Part shown: positions 27,809-42,604 of the stretch, in pieces | Position numbering within the stretch: the stretch's first letter is position 1 | Layout: each line of letters begins with the position of its first letter | Source of the DNA: the human T2T-CHM13v2.0 reference genome, Homo sapiens | Direction: 5' to 3' (one strand) | Assembly (NCBI RefSeq): GCF_009914755.1 | Contig: NC_060947.1 | Length of the DNA: 64,000 nt | The notes under the pieces: model-generated | Seen by the model: the letters and a program-made list of their open reading frames with translations, nothing else | Told to the model about the DNA's origin: nothing | The model's database searches: none | Translations under genes and position numbers: made by a program

Positions 27809-28345
27809 TGTATTAGTTTCCTTTTGCTGCTGCCACAAAATTGTACCACAAATTTAGTGTCATAATACAATACAAATTTATTATCCTGCATTTCTGGATG
27901 TTAGAAGTCAGATATGTGTATCCCTGGGCTAAAATCAAGTTAACGACAGGGCTCTGTTGCTTTTGGATTCTTCAAGAGAAAACCAATATCCTTGTCTTTT
28001 CCAGCTTCCAGAAACTGTCTGTATTCCTTTGCTCATGGCGTCTTCCTCCACCTTTAAAGCCAGCAATCTCATCATCTTGACCTCTACTTCTATAATCACA
28101 TCTCCTTCTGTGACTCTTGCCTCCGTCTTACATTTTTAAAGGCATCTTGTGAATGAATTAACATTAGCCACCCCCCACCTCCAGATAATCCTAGATCATC
28201 TCCCATCTCAACATCATTAACCTGATCCCATATCCAAAGTTCCTTTTACCACATAGGATAACAAATTCACAGATTTCTGGGATTCACAGAATAGTGCCCT
28301 CTACCCACCCCACCAAAAAATGTGGACACTATTCTGCCTACTGCA
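27809..28345 (-). mobile_element. MLT1 (D-like) LTR
   Basis: TGTATTAGTTTCCTTTTGCTGCTG..CCACAAATTTAGTG...ATTCTGCCTACTGCA. Confidence 0.8.
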
Positions 28346-28844
28346 TCTTCTAAATATACCCTTAGTAATTTAATTTATCACCTTATATATAAGCCATTTA
28401 ATTATTAGAGGCCATCTTCAAAAGGAAAGAAAATGCTTTTATTTGTTTGTTTTGGAGCACTCCTTATTCAGCCATTCATTTTTGACAACAATTAAACAAA
28501 AGGCCCAGTTGTCTATCAAGACCTATCAAGAATAATATAAGTGATTTTTATTTCCTAGGTTTTTAAATCCGTTTCTTCCTTAATTAAGCAAGTATTCTTT
28601 ATATAATTTCTAATATTAATATAAAGGAAGAGAGTGAGAGAAAGGAACAGTTTCAGTCAACCTTAATTCTCAAAGCAGGATTAAAGTGCAAGTTTTATAT
28701 CAGCATCAAGCCACTAGGGGTCTGTATTAATGTCATATAGTTCAGCCTATCACTAGTTCTTTTGTCCAGTCAAACAAAAGCTGCAGTCTTATGTGGTTAC
28801 TAATAGATTCCTTGGAAATGGTAAATAGAGGAACTCCAACTGGA

Positions 28845-29835
28845 TATTAAGACCTATTGATTTTACCTCCTGGAAATCTCTCTATGGCATCCACATCTGT
28901 CCTTCAGTAATGCCAACACTATAATCCAGGTCACCCTCCTCTTTTACCAGAATTATTGTGAAAACTTCTTAATTGGTCTCTTTTGAAATAGGCTGAATAA
29001 GAAGAGCTATCATTTATGGAGCAATTGCTATGAGTCAGAAACTCTACTAAGTGCTTTGTATTTATCAGCTTCTATAATCTCCATCACAACCCTATGAGAT
29101 TGATGCTATACCCATCAGCATTTGACCAGTGAAGAATCTGAAGATTTGAAAGAGATGTAGTTACTCTATGTAAACTGTGGAGCAGCAATTATCCAAAGCC
29201 AAAATACATGCTCTTTAACCCTATGTTACAGCCCCATAATCCCAACTCCCCCTCCACCTTGCCTTGCAATCCACACTGTAGCTGGAGTGATGTTTCTAAA
29301 CTACCAGCCTTCTTAACTCTTTGCTTAGATGTTTCCAGAAGTGCATCATTAACCTCAGTGTAAAATCCAAAGCCCTTAACATAGCACTCAAGGCCGGATA
29401 TTACCCATTCCCTGCCTACGTGTCAATCCTCCTCTGATTTATCTCCCTATATCACACAATCAGAACTCCTCTTGCTGAACACATTGGGTTCCTTAATGTG
29501 CCTATGCTTCTTGACTCCACATCTTTGTTCATGTTGTTCTTGCTGTTGCATGTAATTCACTCTCCTATTCTGCCCCCTCCACACATACCACTCTTACTTC
29601 AAGACTTAGGTCAAGTTACAATTCCTTTCCCAGATACCCAGGCAAAGTTATGCACTTCATTATCCACAAAATTTAGTCAATCTCCTATGCTAAGATGTGC
29701 TTTTTGTAGTAGGCTTCGTTTACCTTTTAGTCACCTCCACTAGACTAGAAGGACCTGCAGGGCAGAGATTGTTCTACTCACATTTATGTCAACAGTATAT
29801 TGTATGATGCCTGACACATGGTCAGCATATAAGCA
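28845..29835. mobile_element. L2 fragments with an embedded MIR (~29005-29230)
   Basis: L2 motifs (AAAATCCAAAGCCCTTAACATAGC, CTAGACTAGAAG..GGGCAGAGA, ATGCCTGACACATGGT); MIR core TCACAACCCTATGAGAT. Confidence 0.6.
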
Positions 29836-29993
29836 TGCACTCTCAAAAAGTATGTCATCTAAGAGTAACTGGTTTAGGATACATGGACATCTATAGATAT
29901 AACCAAGCTTAAAATCTATATACAACTTCAAATAACAAACATTCTAAGAATGATATTTTAACCTTCTCATCCCTTCATTTGTATGTATGCAAA

Positions 29994-30504
29994 TGTGGTA
30001 GAAAGCCTCTATGATGAACCCCAATATGCTCCACCTCCTAGTATTCTGGTCCTGTGTCATTATGTCCCCTTGACTGTGGAGTGGGCCTACACTGAGATGC
30101 TTCTAAGGAAAAGAAATAATGGGATTTCACTTCCAAGATTAGGTTATATAAAAATAAAATACAAATTCTAGCTTGGGTTCTTCCATTCTCTCTTCTCTCT
30201 TCCTTTTCTTTTCTCTCTCTCTGAATTAAAGAGCCATTTGTGAGCAGCCCAACGGAACTGATATCTTCAGCCAACAGCCACATGAGTGAGCCTGAAAGTG
30301 GATAATCTCCCCGTCAAGCCTTTAGGTAACTGCAGCCCCAGTTCACACCTTGATTGAAGACTTGCAAAAGACCCTGTGCCAGAACCACTCAGCTAAGCTT
30401 CTCCCAAATTCTTCATTTACCAAAGTTTTAAATAAAAATGTTTATTATTGTTTTCAGCCACTAAATTTTGAGGCAACTTGTTTTGCAATGTTATAACTAA
30501 TAGA
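29994..30504 (+). mobile_element. MLT1 (F/E-like) LTR
   Basis: TGTGGTAG..CCTCTATGATGAACCCCAA; ACTGCAGCCCCAG..CACCTTGATTG; GCCACTAAATTTTG..ATAACTAATA. Confidence 0.8.
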
Positions 30505-32440
30505 GCAGGTATGAAACCCGAGGACCATCTCTCACAATCTGTGGGAAATGGTAAATAGAGGAACTTCAATTGGATACTAAGACCTATTGATTTTAACTGT
30601 GGGAAGGAGACTGAGGATATAAGAAAAAATGGAGTGGAGTAGTCAGGAAAAAAAAGTAGGTAGGGCAATTTAGAAGTGCCAGGTAGAAGCCTTTGCCTTT
30701 GAAATCTTCTTGAATAATAATTTATTTTGAGACAGTTTTTAAATTCTAACAAGTAGATATTAATTCATTTGCTCTCTTTTAAAATACAAAGTTTCTCTGG
30801 GGGAGCTATCATCTATTTAACCTCCTGGAAGGAGTGATCTGACTAAATAGTAAAATGAGCTCTAAAATGTGACTCAGTATGAAGATAGAGTGGAGAGAGG
30901 AGGAGAGAATTTGGAAGCATGAAGAGATTTGGCCTGGATGAATGATATCATTGAAAAGTTTGGGCAACAAAAGGGGAATCAGCTAAACGGGGGATGAAGG
31001 GAGAGAGCACCAAGTGATGGTAGAGACACTTTTTTCACTGTACGTATGCACAACAGAAGGTCGTTTTGATATACCCCATTTTCTAATGTCTCCAGAATAA
31101 GTTTTCCTTTGATTATGAGCAACATAAAGAAGTGAGCTATTTTATGCATTCATGACATTGGTTTGTGTAAGAGTCAGTTTTTAAAACTAGTTTGAGTTAA
31201 GAGCTCTTGATTCACATACAAAAGAATTCCTAGAAGGGGCTAAGATTCTCTCTATGACAGTTATTTTTCCCTTATGTTCGTAAAGATTCTAAACTCCATA
31301 TGGCTTGCAATCTGATTCATAGGATGAAAAAAAATCAGATAGGACCAATTTTGTCTCCATTTTTAATCATATATTCAACTTTATTCTAAGCCAAAGAATA
31401 AACTCATATTGGTAAGAAAATGAGCATCTTAATTTACTACTTTTTTACTGGGGTGGTGGCACTATCTTATGCCACATCTCTGTAAGTAGAACTGCTGTAT
31501 TAAAATTTACATTTGGATTTCCAACAAACAACAAAACTATAATCATCTGTTAAATTATTTAAAATAAATAACGAAATAACATTCATTAGGAGAAACGCAC
31601 TCACCTAGAGAAGGGCTAAATACTTTGAAGCTGATCATCCAAAGTATTGACAGGAGACAAACAGTTCTGTGATGGATATATTCTTGTTGACCTTGTAATG
31701 TGACTGTCACTAAGCCTCCAAATGTAAATATGCTCTTCTTTACTCTTTTTCTGAACAGACAGAAACTAATTTGTCAGCATGTCAGCTTTAACTAGCCTAG
31801 ATGAAGCTAAGCTAATTTAATAGAAACTGTTCAATAGCTTTGACCGACCTGACAGTGTCAGTTAAAGTGGCTCTACGCCCCACTGTCTTTCATTATTCTC
31901 AATTCTTTCATTAGAATGCTTGAATACCAAGTAAAATAATATGCTGAGTAGCCAATAGGCCCTACGTTTTTCTCAAGGACATTCTTTTGGTATCAAAAAC
32001 TGTCAAGTGGGAAAACATGTACTGTGAAGGTGAGAGGACACTAATTAAATATACATAGCTCTAGCCAAAGAAGCATGAGGCACAGCTTGCAGAATGAAAA
32101 CACTGCCTGCTTGACTGAGGTCACAGCTGTTTACTGGCCTCAGTTCCTAAGCTGCAGTTTTCTCTGGGATATCATTTAACATTCTTGTATTTAGATTAGG
32201 CACAGGCCATCTTCAAGGAATGCTGCACAGTGCCAAGTGCAAATATTCTTGTTCAGTTAAGCGTATTTTATCCTTAGGTCACTGAACTTCTCTACCTCTT
32301 TAGATTCATGTACTGTTTTTGAAGTATTAGAAGTTATTCTGACCCATGCTAGATATGTAATGAGAGCAAGAAATAAACTTTGGTTGGGTAAGCCAGAAAA
32401 TAAAATAAAGGTTGTTCTTTGGCAGTGCTTATAGGGAGGG

Positions 32441-32778
32441 ATAATCCTCCTTATCCATGGGTTCAGCATCTTTGTATTCAACAAACCATGGATCGAAAAT
32501 ACTGTTAAAAAAAAAAAATCCACAAAGTTCCAAAAAGCAAAACTTGAATTTGCTGCACACCAAGTACTATGTTGAATTCATGCAAATGAAGTGATGTGTA
32601 GGAATTATATTAGGTATTACACGTAATCTAGAGATGATTTAAAGTATATGGGAGGATGCACATAGGTTATATGCAAATACTCCACTATTGTATATAAGGG
32701 ACTTGAGCTTTTGTGGATTTTGGTAACCAAAGCAGGGGCCTAGAATTAATCCCTTACAGATACTAAGACATGATTTTG
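32441..32778. mobile_element. MER2-family (Tigger2-derived) DNA element followed by a MIR (~32780-33000)
   Basis: TTATCCATGGGTTC..GTATTCAAC; AATCTAGAGATGATTTAAAGTATATGGGAGGATGCACATAGGTTATATGCAAATAC. Confidence 0.85.
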
Positions 32779-34115
32779 TAATGTAGTGATGCTCTAGAGT
32801 CGAGCAAACTTCTTTTGAAACCCTAATAATATTTAATCATGGGACTGTCTATGCCTCAGTTTCCCCATTTTTAACAGGCTAATGGTAATAAGTTACCTTA
32901 CCTCAGAATTATTGTGAAAACTAAAAGAGAAAATACATGTAAAACTTTTAGCACAATGCCTGGCACGTAGCATGTTCTCTAAAAGCTGTAACTACTAGTA
33001 TAGGTTGGAATTTAAGAAACAACACTTTGAAACAGGACAGTCTAGATGGCCCTTCCTCTTTCTTAATTAAATCTACCTTTCGCCTCTGCCTTAAACACTC
33101 CACCTTTGGTGTGACTGACCTAAAAACAGTTGGTTTGATCATCTTTAAGCATCACAAGACCAGTGGCTTTTTTCAACCTAAAATAGCTCCTAAAATTTGA
33201 CCATTTTAGAGGCATAGTAATCTGATTTCATTAAGTCTATTACAGAAGAGTGACTTATAGGTGAAAATAAGATATGTCTATGCTAGACATTTTGATTATA
33301 TTTATACTCTGATTCTCAAGGAACAAAATGTCTTTAAAATAAGCTCTGTATTTAAGAAACAATAAAAATTATCAAACACAAAATTCATTTCTGTGCTCTG
33401 GAAGCCAAGCATAGCCAAAACACTATTGTATAGATTATGTTTGTCCATTTCCAATTCAGGGTAAACAACACCAACTGTAAGTCAAATAAAGCCAACACTT
33501 CCAAGTCCTCTTCCCTAAACTCCCAAATGCACACTGGATATTTTACAAACCATTTGCCTATTATTTAATATATCCAAATATAAACCCTTGTATTTGTGAG
33601 GTCAACATACACTGCTATGTTATTTATAAAGTTGATCCCTGGTAAAGACATTCTGGTTGAAGAAGCATATCATAAGAATGTGATGCTTTGACTAACAAAA
33701 GTGGCAGATATAATTTTTCATAAAGGATTACTCCAGTTTACTTTAGACAAGTGGTGAACATTTACTCTCTTCTCTGATTCTTGAATTAGGCTTTCTTTTT
33801 TTCCCAAAGTATCAATGGTTTTCTTATTTAAGAAGAATAAAGAGTTTTATCTGTATACTCTGAATTTTAAAATATTGCATACATTTTAAGAAATAAGAGT
33901 AAATAACCTAGAATATGCCACTCAGAACACTCAAAGATAAATGCTGTTAACATCTTAATCATTTACCTTCCATATTTTTTAAAGATACATTTACATGTAA
34001 AAATACATTCACAGAGAGTTTAAAAGAATGCGTTTATTCCATAAATATACATATTTTAACTTTTTTTTCAAATTAACAACAGACTTGAGACATCTTTTCA
34101 TGACTGTACTCATAA

Positions 34116-34303
<188 letters not shown>

Positions 34304-34324
34304 TAGGCCTTTACTTAAAAAGAT

Positions 34325-34998
<674 letters not shown>

Positions 34999-35249
34999 AA
35001 ATTAGAGAACATGTAAAAACTGCTTCTTATTTTCAAGACTATTGTTTCAAAATATTCTCCTCCTAAATTTCTGATGTAATTTCTACTTTCTGTATTTTAG
35101 ATAGTTCACATCTCCTTTACTTTTATACTCTAACACTTTGGCTATGGCTAAGGTTTTATAAATCAATACCCAAATATAGGCAGAACCTGAAACTGATTTA
35201 AACATCAGTAAAAAAAATTAAAAACTTCTCTGTCATGTATTAAAAGAGC

Positions 35250-35470
35250 TAATTAGATTTTACTATGTAGCAAGTACCATGCCAAAGTTTTTCACAGATT
35301 AATTCGTTTAATCTTTTCAACAGTCATGTAAGGTAAGTAGTATCCTCATTTAACAGATGAGGAATCAGAGTTTAAACAACTTGCCAGCAGCCAGATGGCT
35401 AGGAAGTTGTGGAGCCAGAATTTAAACCAAAATAGCTTGAATTCAGAGCCCACATGCATAACAACTCTGC
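35250..35470 (-). mobile_element. MIR
   Basis: TATCCTCATTTAACAGATGAGGAATCAGAG..AACTTGCC. Confidence 0.7.
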
Positions 35471-35547
35471 CTTAGTGCAAGAGATAGCTGCACAACAGTA
35501 TGCAAATGAATGATATATGATCTGCAATATAAAACAATAAGTGGTAA

Positions 35548-35665
35548 CTGAACATGGTGGTGCATACCTGTAGTCCCAGCTACTCAGGAGCCTGTGGTAG
35601 GAGAATCCCTTGAGCCCAAGGGTTCCAGGCTAGCCTGGGCAAAATAGCAAGACCCTGTCTCTAAG
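35548..35665 (+). mobile_element. FLAM_A-like monomer
   Basis: CATGGTGGTGCATACCTGTAGTCCCAGCTACTCAGGAG..TTGAGCCCAAG..AGCAAGACCCTGTCTC. Confidence 0.85.
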
Positions 35666-38014
35666 GAAATAATTTTTAAGAGTCAGTAAGTGGTATTGTG
35701 AAGTCCACTGTAGTGGAATTTCAAAGAAGATTCTGTAATGTGTTATAAAGAATAATAACGTATTAGATGCAAGTTTTCTGAAGAAGAAACAGTACCTGTC
35801 TCATTCCTACTTTGCCCTCATAGTAATGCACCGTTTCTGCTCATGTGTGAGTTTCCAAGTTACAGGTTGTTTTTTGGTTTGTTTTGCAAGAACAACTAAT
35901 AGCTGCCAGCTTCTCGACTTATCAACATTGTATATTTTAGGTATCTTGGTTGGCATATAGCAAGCTTAAGAAAGGGGAAGAAAAGGGGTTTATATATTTT
36001 GTGTTAATATCATAAGTGAAAATGCTGCTATATACACTGTACATTGAAATCTAAGCAGCTCAACAAGATTAGAGTACACAAATAGTTTTAATCATCCACT
36101 TTTAATTTCACTAATAGTTCTCTTTATTTTACTGTAGCTGAAGTGAAATGCCCTATTATTTTTCACACTTGATAGCTAAAAGATAAAGAGACAAGGGAGG
36201 AGAAATTTCAATAAGATTTCAAGAAAATGCCTAAAAATTATGACCTCCAATACTTATATTAAATGTTCTAACCCCAGTACAAATGAACACTTTTTTTTTT
36301 CTGGATGAAATCTGATAGCCTCTAGCTATTACTAAAGCTTAGCGGATATTGGATGTATCAAGCATGTCACTGAGATCTGTGAATAACAAAAACAGGATTC
36401 AGATATAGAAACATTAATAAAAAAGCCTATAGCAAGATTTTTCTTAAAAAAAAGATAGATGGTATAATTATAAATAAAAAATGAAATATGGGCACAGTTA
36501 AAGAAGATATTAGAAAGGTTTTTCAAAAACCTTATGTCAGTAAACTTGAAAAGTTAGATGAAATGAAAAACTTCCTGGAAATATATAAATTACCAAAACT
36601 GACTCAAGAAGAAATAAAAGTATGTGAAGATTTAAATTAGTGTGACAGAAATTAAAGCAGTTACTTAAAAACTTCACACAAATTAAGCACCAGGCCCAGA
36701 TAAAATTTACAAGCAAAACGTTCAAGGAACTTTTCAATATTATGCAAACTCTTCCAAAAAAATAGAATAAGAAGAAATTTTACACAACGTATTATGTGAG
36801 GCTGGTATAATCATGACAATAAATTCAAAGAAGGATAGGAAGAGAAAACACAATTATAGGTGATTTCAATTATGACTACAGATGCTATAATCCTAAACAA
36901 AAAGATAACTAAATCTTACAGTGTATGAAAAAGAAAACACACCATGACCAAACAAGATAATATATAATATTATACGTAATAATTAGATGATAAACAGTAG
37001 TTTCCAATAGCACAAAAATATGCAATAGTTAGGTAAACGTCTAACAAAATACATGCAATAGCTACATGTTAAAAAACACAAAACACTGATGAAACAATCA
37101 AAAATACCTTAAAATTGTTCATATGTTGGAACATTCAATGTTTTCCAGATGTAAGTTCCCTAAAAATGATCTGTAATTGCAATGCGATTCTGATAAAATT
37201 GTCAGAAAAAATATTTATAGAAATCAACAAGCTTATTCTAAAATTGACATTGAATAGCAAAGGAATTAGAATAGCCAAAAAAAAAATTGAAATTCATTAA
37301 GTTGGAAATCTTTAACTGTCTTATTTCGAGACTACCATAAACTAAAGTAATCAAGATAGCATGGTGTTGATGAAAGGAAAAATATATAGATTAATGGAGC
37401 ATAATAAAGATTCCAGAAATAGATTCACAGATAAATATCCAATTAATTTTTGACCAAGGTGCAACAAATAGTGTTTGAATTATTGGAAAGCCATATCCCA
37501 AACAATGACCCTTGATTCATACATCCCACTACATACAAAATTTAAGTCTAAATAGACAACAAACCTAAATATAAAACCTAAATTATAAAACATTTAGCTG
37601 AAAATATAAGGGAAATTCTTCATGATCTCGAGTTAGGCAAAGATTTCTTAGATATGACACCAAAAGCAAAATCTATAAAAGTAATGGATACACTGGATTT
37701 CATCAATATTTGAACTTTTTTCCTGTATCGAGGTAAAAATAATAAATAAATAAATAAATAAATAAATAAACAAACAGAAAAACAAATAAGTAAAAGATTT
37801 TAAAACTTCCACTCTTTGAAACAGAATGAAAAGATAATACAGACTAAGATAGCAAATTTGAAGAACGCATAACTGATAAATGACTGATACCTAAAATAGA
37901 TAAAGGAATTTAAAAATTAAAAAAAGTATAAAATATAAAGGTGAATGAAAAGTGGGCAAAATATTTGAACAGATACTTCAGCAAAGAAGATAAATAAACA
38001 TCAAATAAGCACAT

Positions 38015-38435
38015 TGCTTTACTTTGGTTTTACCTCTCCAAATCTCATGCTATAATTTGATCTCTGATGTTGCAGGTGGAGACTAATGGAAGCTGTTTCG
38101 GTCATGGGGGAAGATCTCTCATTAATGGCTTTGTTCAGTCCTTTAGGTAATGAGTGAGTTTCCACTCTACTAGTTCCCTCAAGAGCTACTTGATAAAAAG
38201 AGCCTGATATCTCCCTTCCCTCTCTCTCTTGCTTTCTCTTGGATGTGATCTCTGCCCATGTGGGCTCCTCTTCCTCTTCTGCCATGAGTGGAAGCAGCCT
38301 GAGGCTCTCAGCAGATGCATATGTTGGTGCCGTGATTTTATACAGTCTAAAGAACTATGAGCCAAATAATTTTTTTTCTTTTTAAATACCCAATCTTAGA
38401 TATTCCTTTATAATAACACAAATAGGACTAAGACA
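38015..38435 (+). mobile_element. MSTB-like LTR
   Basis: CCAAATCTCATGC.., GCCATGAGTGGAAGCAGCCTGAGGC, ends GGACTAAGACA. Confidence 0.8.
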
Positions 38436-38487
38436 GACACGAAAAAAAAAAGTTCAAAATTTTTAGTCATTAGAAAGAAGCAAATTA

Positions 38488-39719
<1,232 letters not shown>

Positions 39720-40692
39720 TTATAAAAAAACCTACATGTGAATATTTTAATGGCTTTATTCTAGCCCAACACTAGAAACAATTGGTAAATGAATGAGTAT
39801 GATGTGTGGTACATCCAAACAATGGAATACTACTCAGCAAGAAAAATGAACACACTACCGAGGCACACAACAATGTAAACAGACCTCAGATGCATGTTGC
39901 TAAGTGAAAGAAACCTGACTTAAAAGGCTACTATATGATTTCATTTAAATCATATTTTTAAAAATGCAAAATGATAGGCTTCTGGTTGCCAGAAGCAAGA
40001 GTTAATTGTAAAGGGGCATATAAGGGAATTTTGGAGGGTGATTGAACTCTCTTATATCTTAATTTTGGTAGTGTTTTTGAAAACTCATAAAATCATATAT
40101 TTTTCATAAGGGTGGATTTTAATTGGTGTCATTTATGCCTCCATAACCCTGACTGAAAAAAGGGTGAATTTACAAATGTTAATTCTACGTTTGTATACAT
40201 GCACAAACAACTAGAAAGTACAATTTTCTTAAAAGGCAATACTTACAATAGCAACATAAACTATAAAGTACTTGCCAGTAAATCTCACAAAATATGTGCA
40301 TGGCCTAAATAAAAAAAAGTATTAAAAAGCATTGAAATATATTACATAAGACAGATAAATGGAGAAATATCACATCTTCATTAATTAGAAGACATCCTTG
40401 TAGGTATGTCTGTTCTCTCCAAATTTATCTATAATTGAATTTTAATGCAACTCTATTCAAAACCCTAGCAGGGTTTTCCTCTAGAACTTAATAAGCTTAC
40501 TAAAATTTAAATACAAATAGAAAGAGTAAGAATAGAGATAATACCATACCAGATGTTAGGTATAATTATGATGCTATAATAATCAGGACACTGTGGTATT
40601 ACCACTGGAAAAGAAAATTTTCCAAAGGAATATAATAGAGATCCAAAAACAGACCCATGCATGCATGGAATGGTGATTTATGACACAGGTAG

Positions 40693-41380
40693 TGTTTAAA
40701 GATAAATTTAGGTGGCCAGGCATGGTGGCTCAGGCCTGTAATCCCAGCACTTTGGGAGGCCGAGATGGGCGGATCACAAGGTCAGGAGATCAAGACCATC
40801 CTGGCCAACGTGGTGAAACCCCATCTCTACTAAAAATCCAAAAATTATCTGGGCATGGTGGCATGTGCCTGTAGTCCCAGCTACTCAGGATGCTGAGGCA
40901 GGAGAATCACTTGAACCCAGGAGGCAGAGGTTGCAATGAGCCAAGGTCATGCCACTGTACTCCAGCCTGGTGACAAAGTGAGACTCCATCTCAAAACAAA
41001 AAAAAAACAAAACAAACAAACAAAAAGATAAATTTGGGCACGTTTAAATGCTAAAGAGTTTATTTGAGCAGACAGAGATTCATGAATTGGGCAGCACCAG
41101 ACCACAAGCAGTTGGGGCTCCACCAAAGAGGTACGAGGGAAAAACTTTCAAAAGGTAGTCTACAAAATAAGATTTTAAAATATATATATTTGATTATTTA
41201 AAGTGAGACCATAGCCTTAAAATCCCAAGTGAGAGGTTAGTTTATGATTGGTTAAGCTTAAGTTTTCTTGCCTTAGGCTATGACCACCTACGCTGAGATG
41301 AGCACTTATTTCCTTACATATAAACCAAGAGTACTGGAGCCACCTCAGCCTAGTCATCTCCCAATTAATTTTTTTAAACA
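40693..41380 (-). mobile_element. ERV LTR-like element with a nested AluSc (+ strand, ~40714-41025)
   Basis: TGTTTAAAGATAAATTT..GAGTTTATTTGAGCAGACAG.GATTCATGAATTGGGCAGCACC...TTTAAACA; Alu TSD AAAGATAAATTT(A/G)GG; AluSc-type GAGATCAAGACCATCCTGGCCAAC. Confidence 0.65.
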
Positions 41381-42304
41381 GTTGCATAGAAGATCAGTGG
41401 GGAAAAAGAAACCATTCAATAAATGGACCTGAAAAAGACTTATCCATGTGGAAAAAATGAAATTGCATTCTGTCCTCATTCTATAAATAAAAATAAATTC
41501 CAAATGTATTTCATATGTCATTATCAAAAGCAAAATTTTAAAACTTTTAGCAGAAAATATGAGTAAAGAACTTGGTCTTTTAACCTCAAGCATGTCTTAT
41601 ACATTGCTCAAGAGAGTATAAATAAGTATACATGTAGAAAAAGATCAATATTACCTTGTAAGTTTAAAATTCACATACCAAACAATGCAGCAATTCCATA
41701 TATACACATTTATAGGTTCACACATATTATACAACAGCAACATTTCATAACTAGTGGTATTTGAGGAGGTTCATTTAATTATTGTTAATTTTAAAAATAA
41801 AATTTCATTAAAATATTGCCCTTAAAAATTGAACAGCTGAAGACTCCATGTCAATACGGAGTAAGCATATGTGGCAGTTAGAGGAGAACAGATAAGCATA
41901 TTCATCATGTCCACAACCCAGATTATCAAATAGTTTATCATACATTTGAGCAATTCTTGCTTTGGCAATGGTTTTGGATATTGTTTTATTTTAATTTTTT
42001 TTTATTCTTAGCCACATTGTTTTCAAAATGTGAACTTATATTGGCCAATACTTACATACATGTAGCATAAGAATCAGTAGTGTTCAAAGGCAAAAGGAAT
42101 AAGGAGCATAATACTGACAATAGCTATGCAAATTTGCTTTGGGATCATCTCCATAAAACCATACATTGAAATAATCTAATCAAAATTCTTATTCAGCAGG
42201 TTAAGATACCTCTTTTTCAAACCCACTTTTTTTTTATTTGTTGGGAACAATAAAAATTTCACATTTCTAATTAATAATTTTGTAAAGAACCTCCTGCAAA
42301 AAAC

Positions 42305-42510
42305 ATCAGCCTCAATTCTGAGTTGGAACTTAAAGAATTTGGGCAGACATAACATATCTCTGCCTTATCTTCCTTATTTTGACGATGAGAATAACAATAG
42401 TACTTACTTCATGAGGTTGTAAGGATTAGATAAGTTATTACATGCAAAGTACTTGGAAGAGTGCCTGGGAATAATTTATATTAGCATTAGCTACTGTTAG
42501 TATTATCTCA
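42305..42510 (+). mobile_element. MIR
   Basis: TGGGCAGACATAAC..TCTCTGCCTT..ATAACAATAGTAC..TGAGGTTGTAAGGATTA..GTGCCTGG. Confidence 0.75.
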
Positions 42511-42604
42511 TTATTTTGACATATAAAAAGAAAATTATAAAAAATAAAACAGTCAAATTTTTAAGACCAACATGTAAGAGTTCTATACATTATTTGAAAA
42601 ATCA

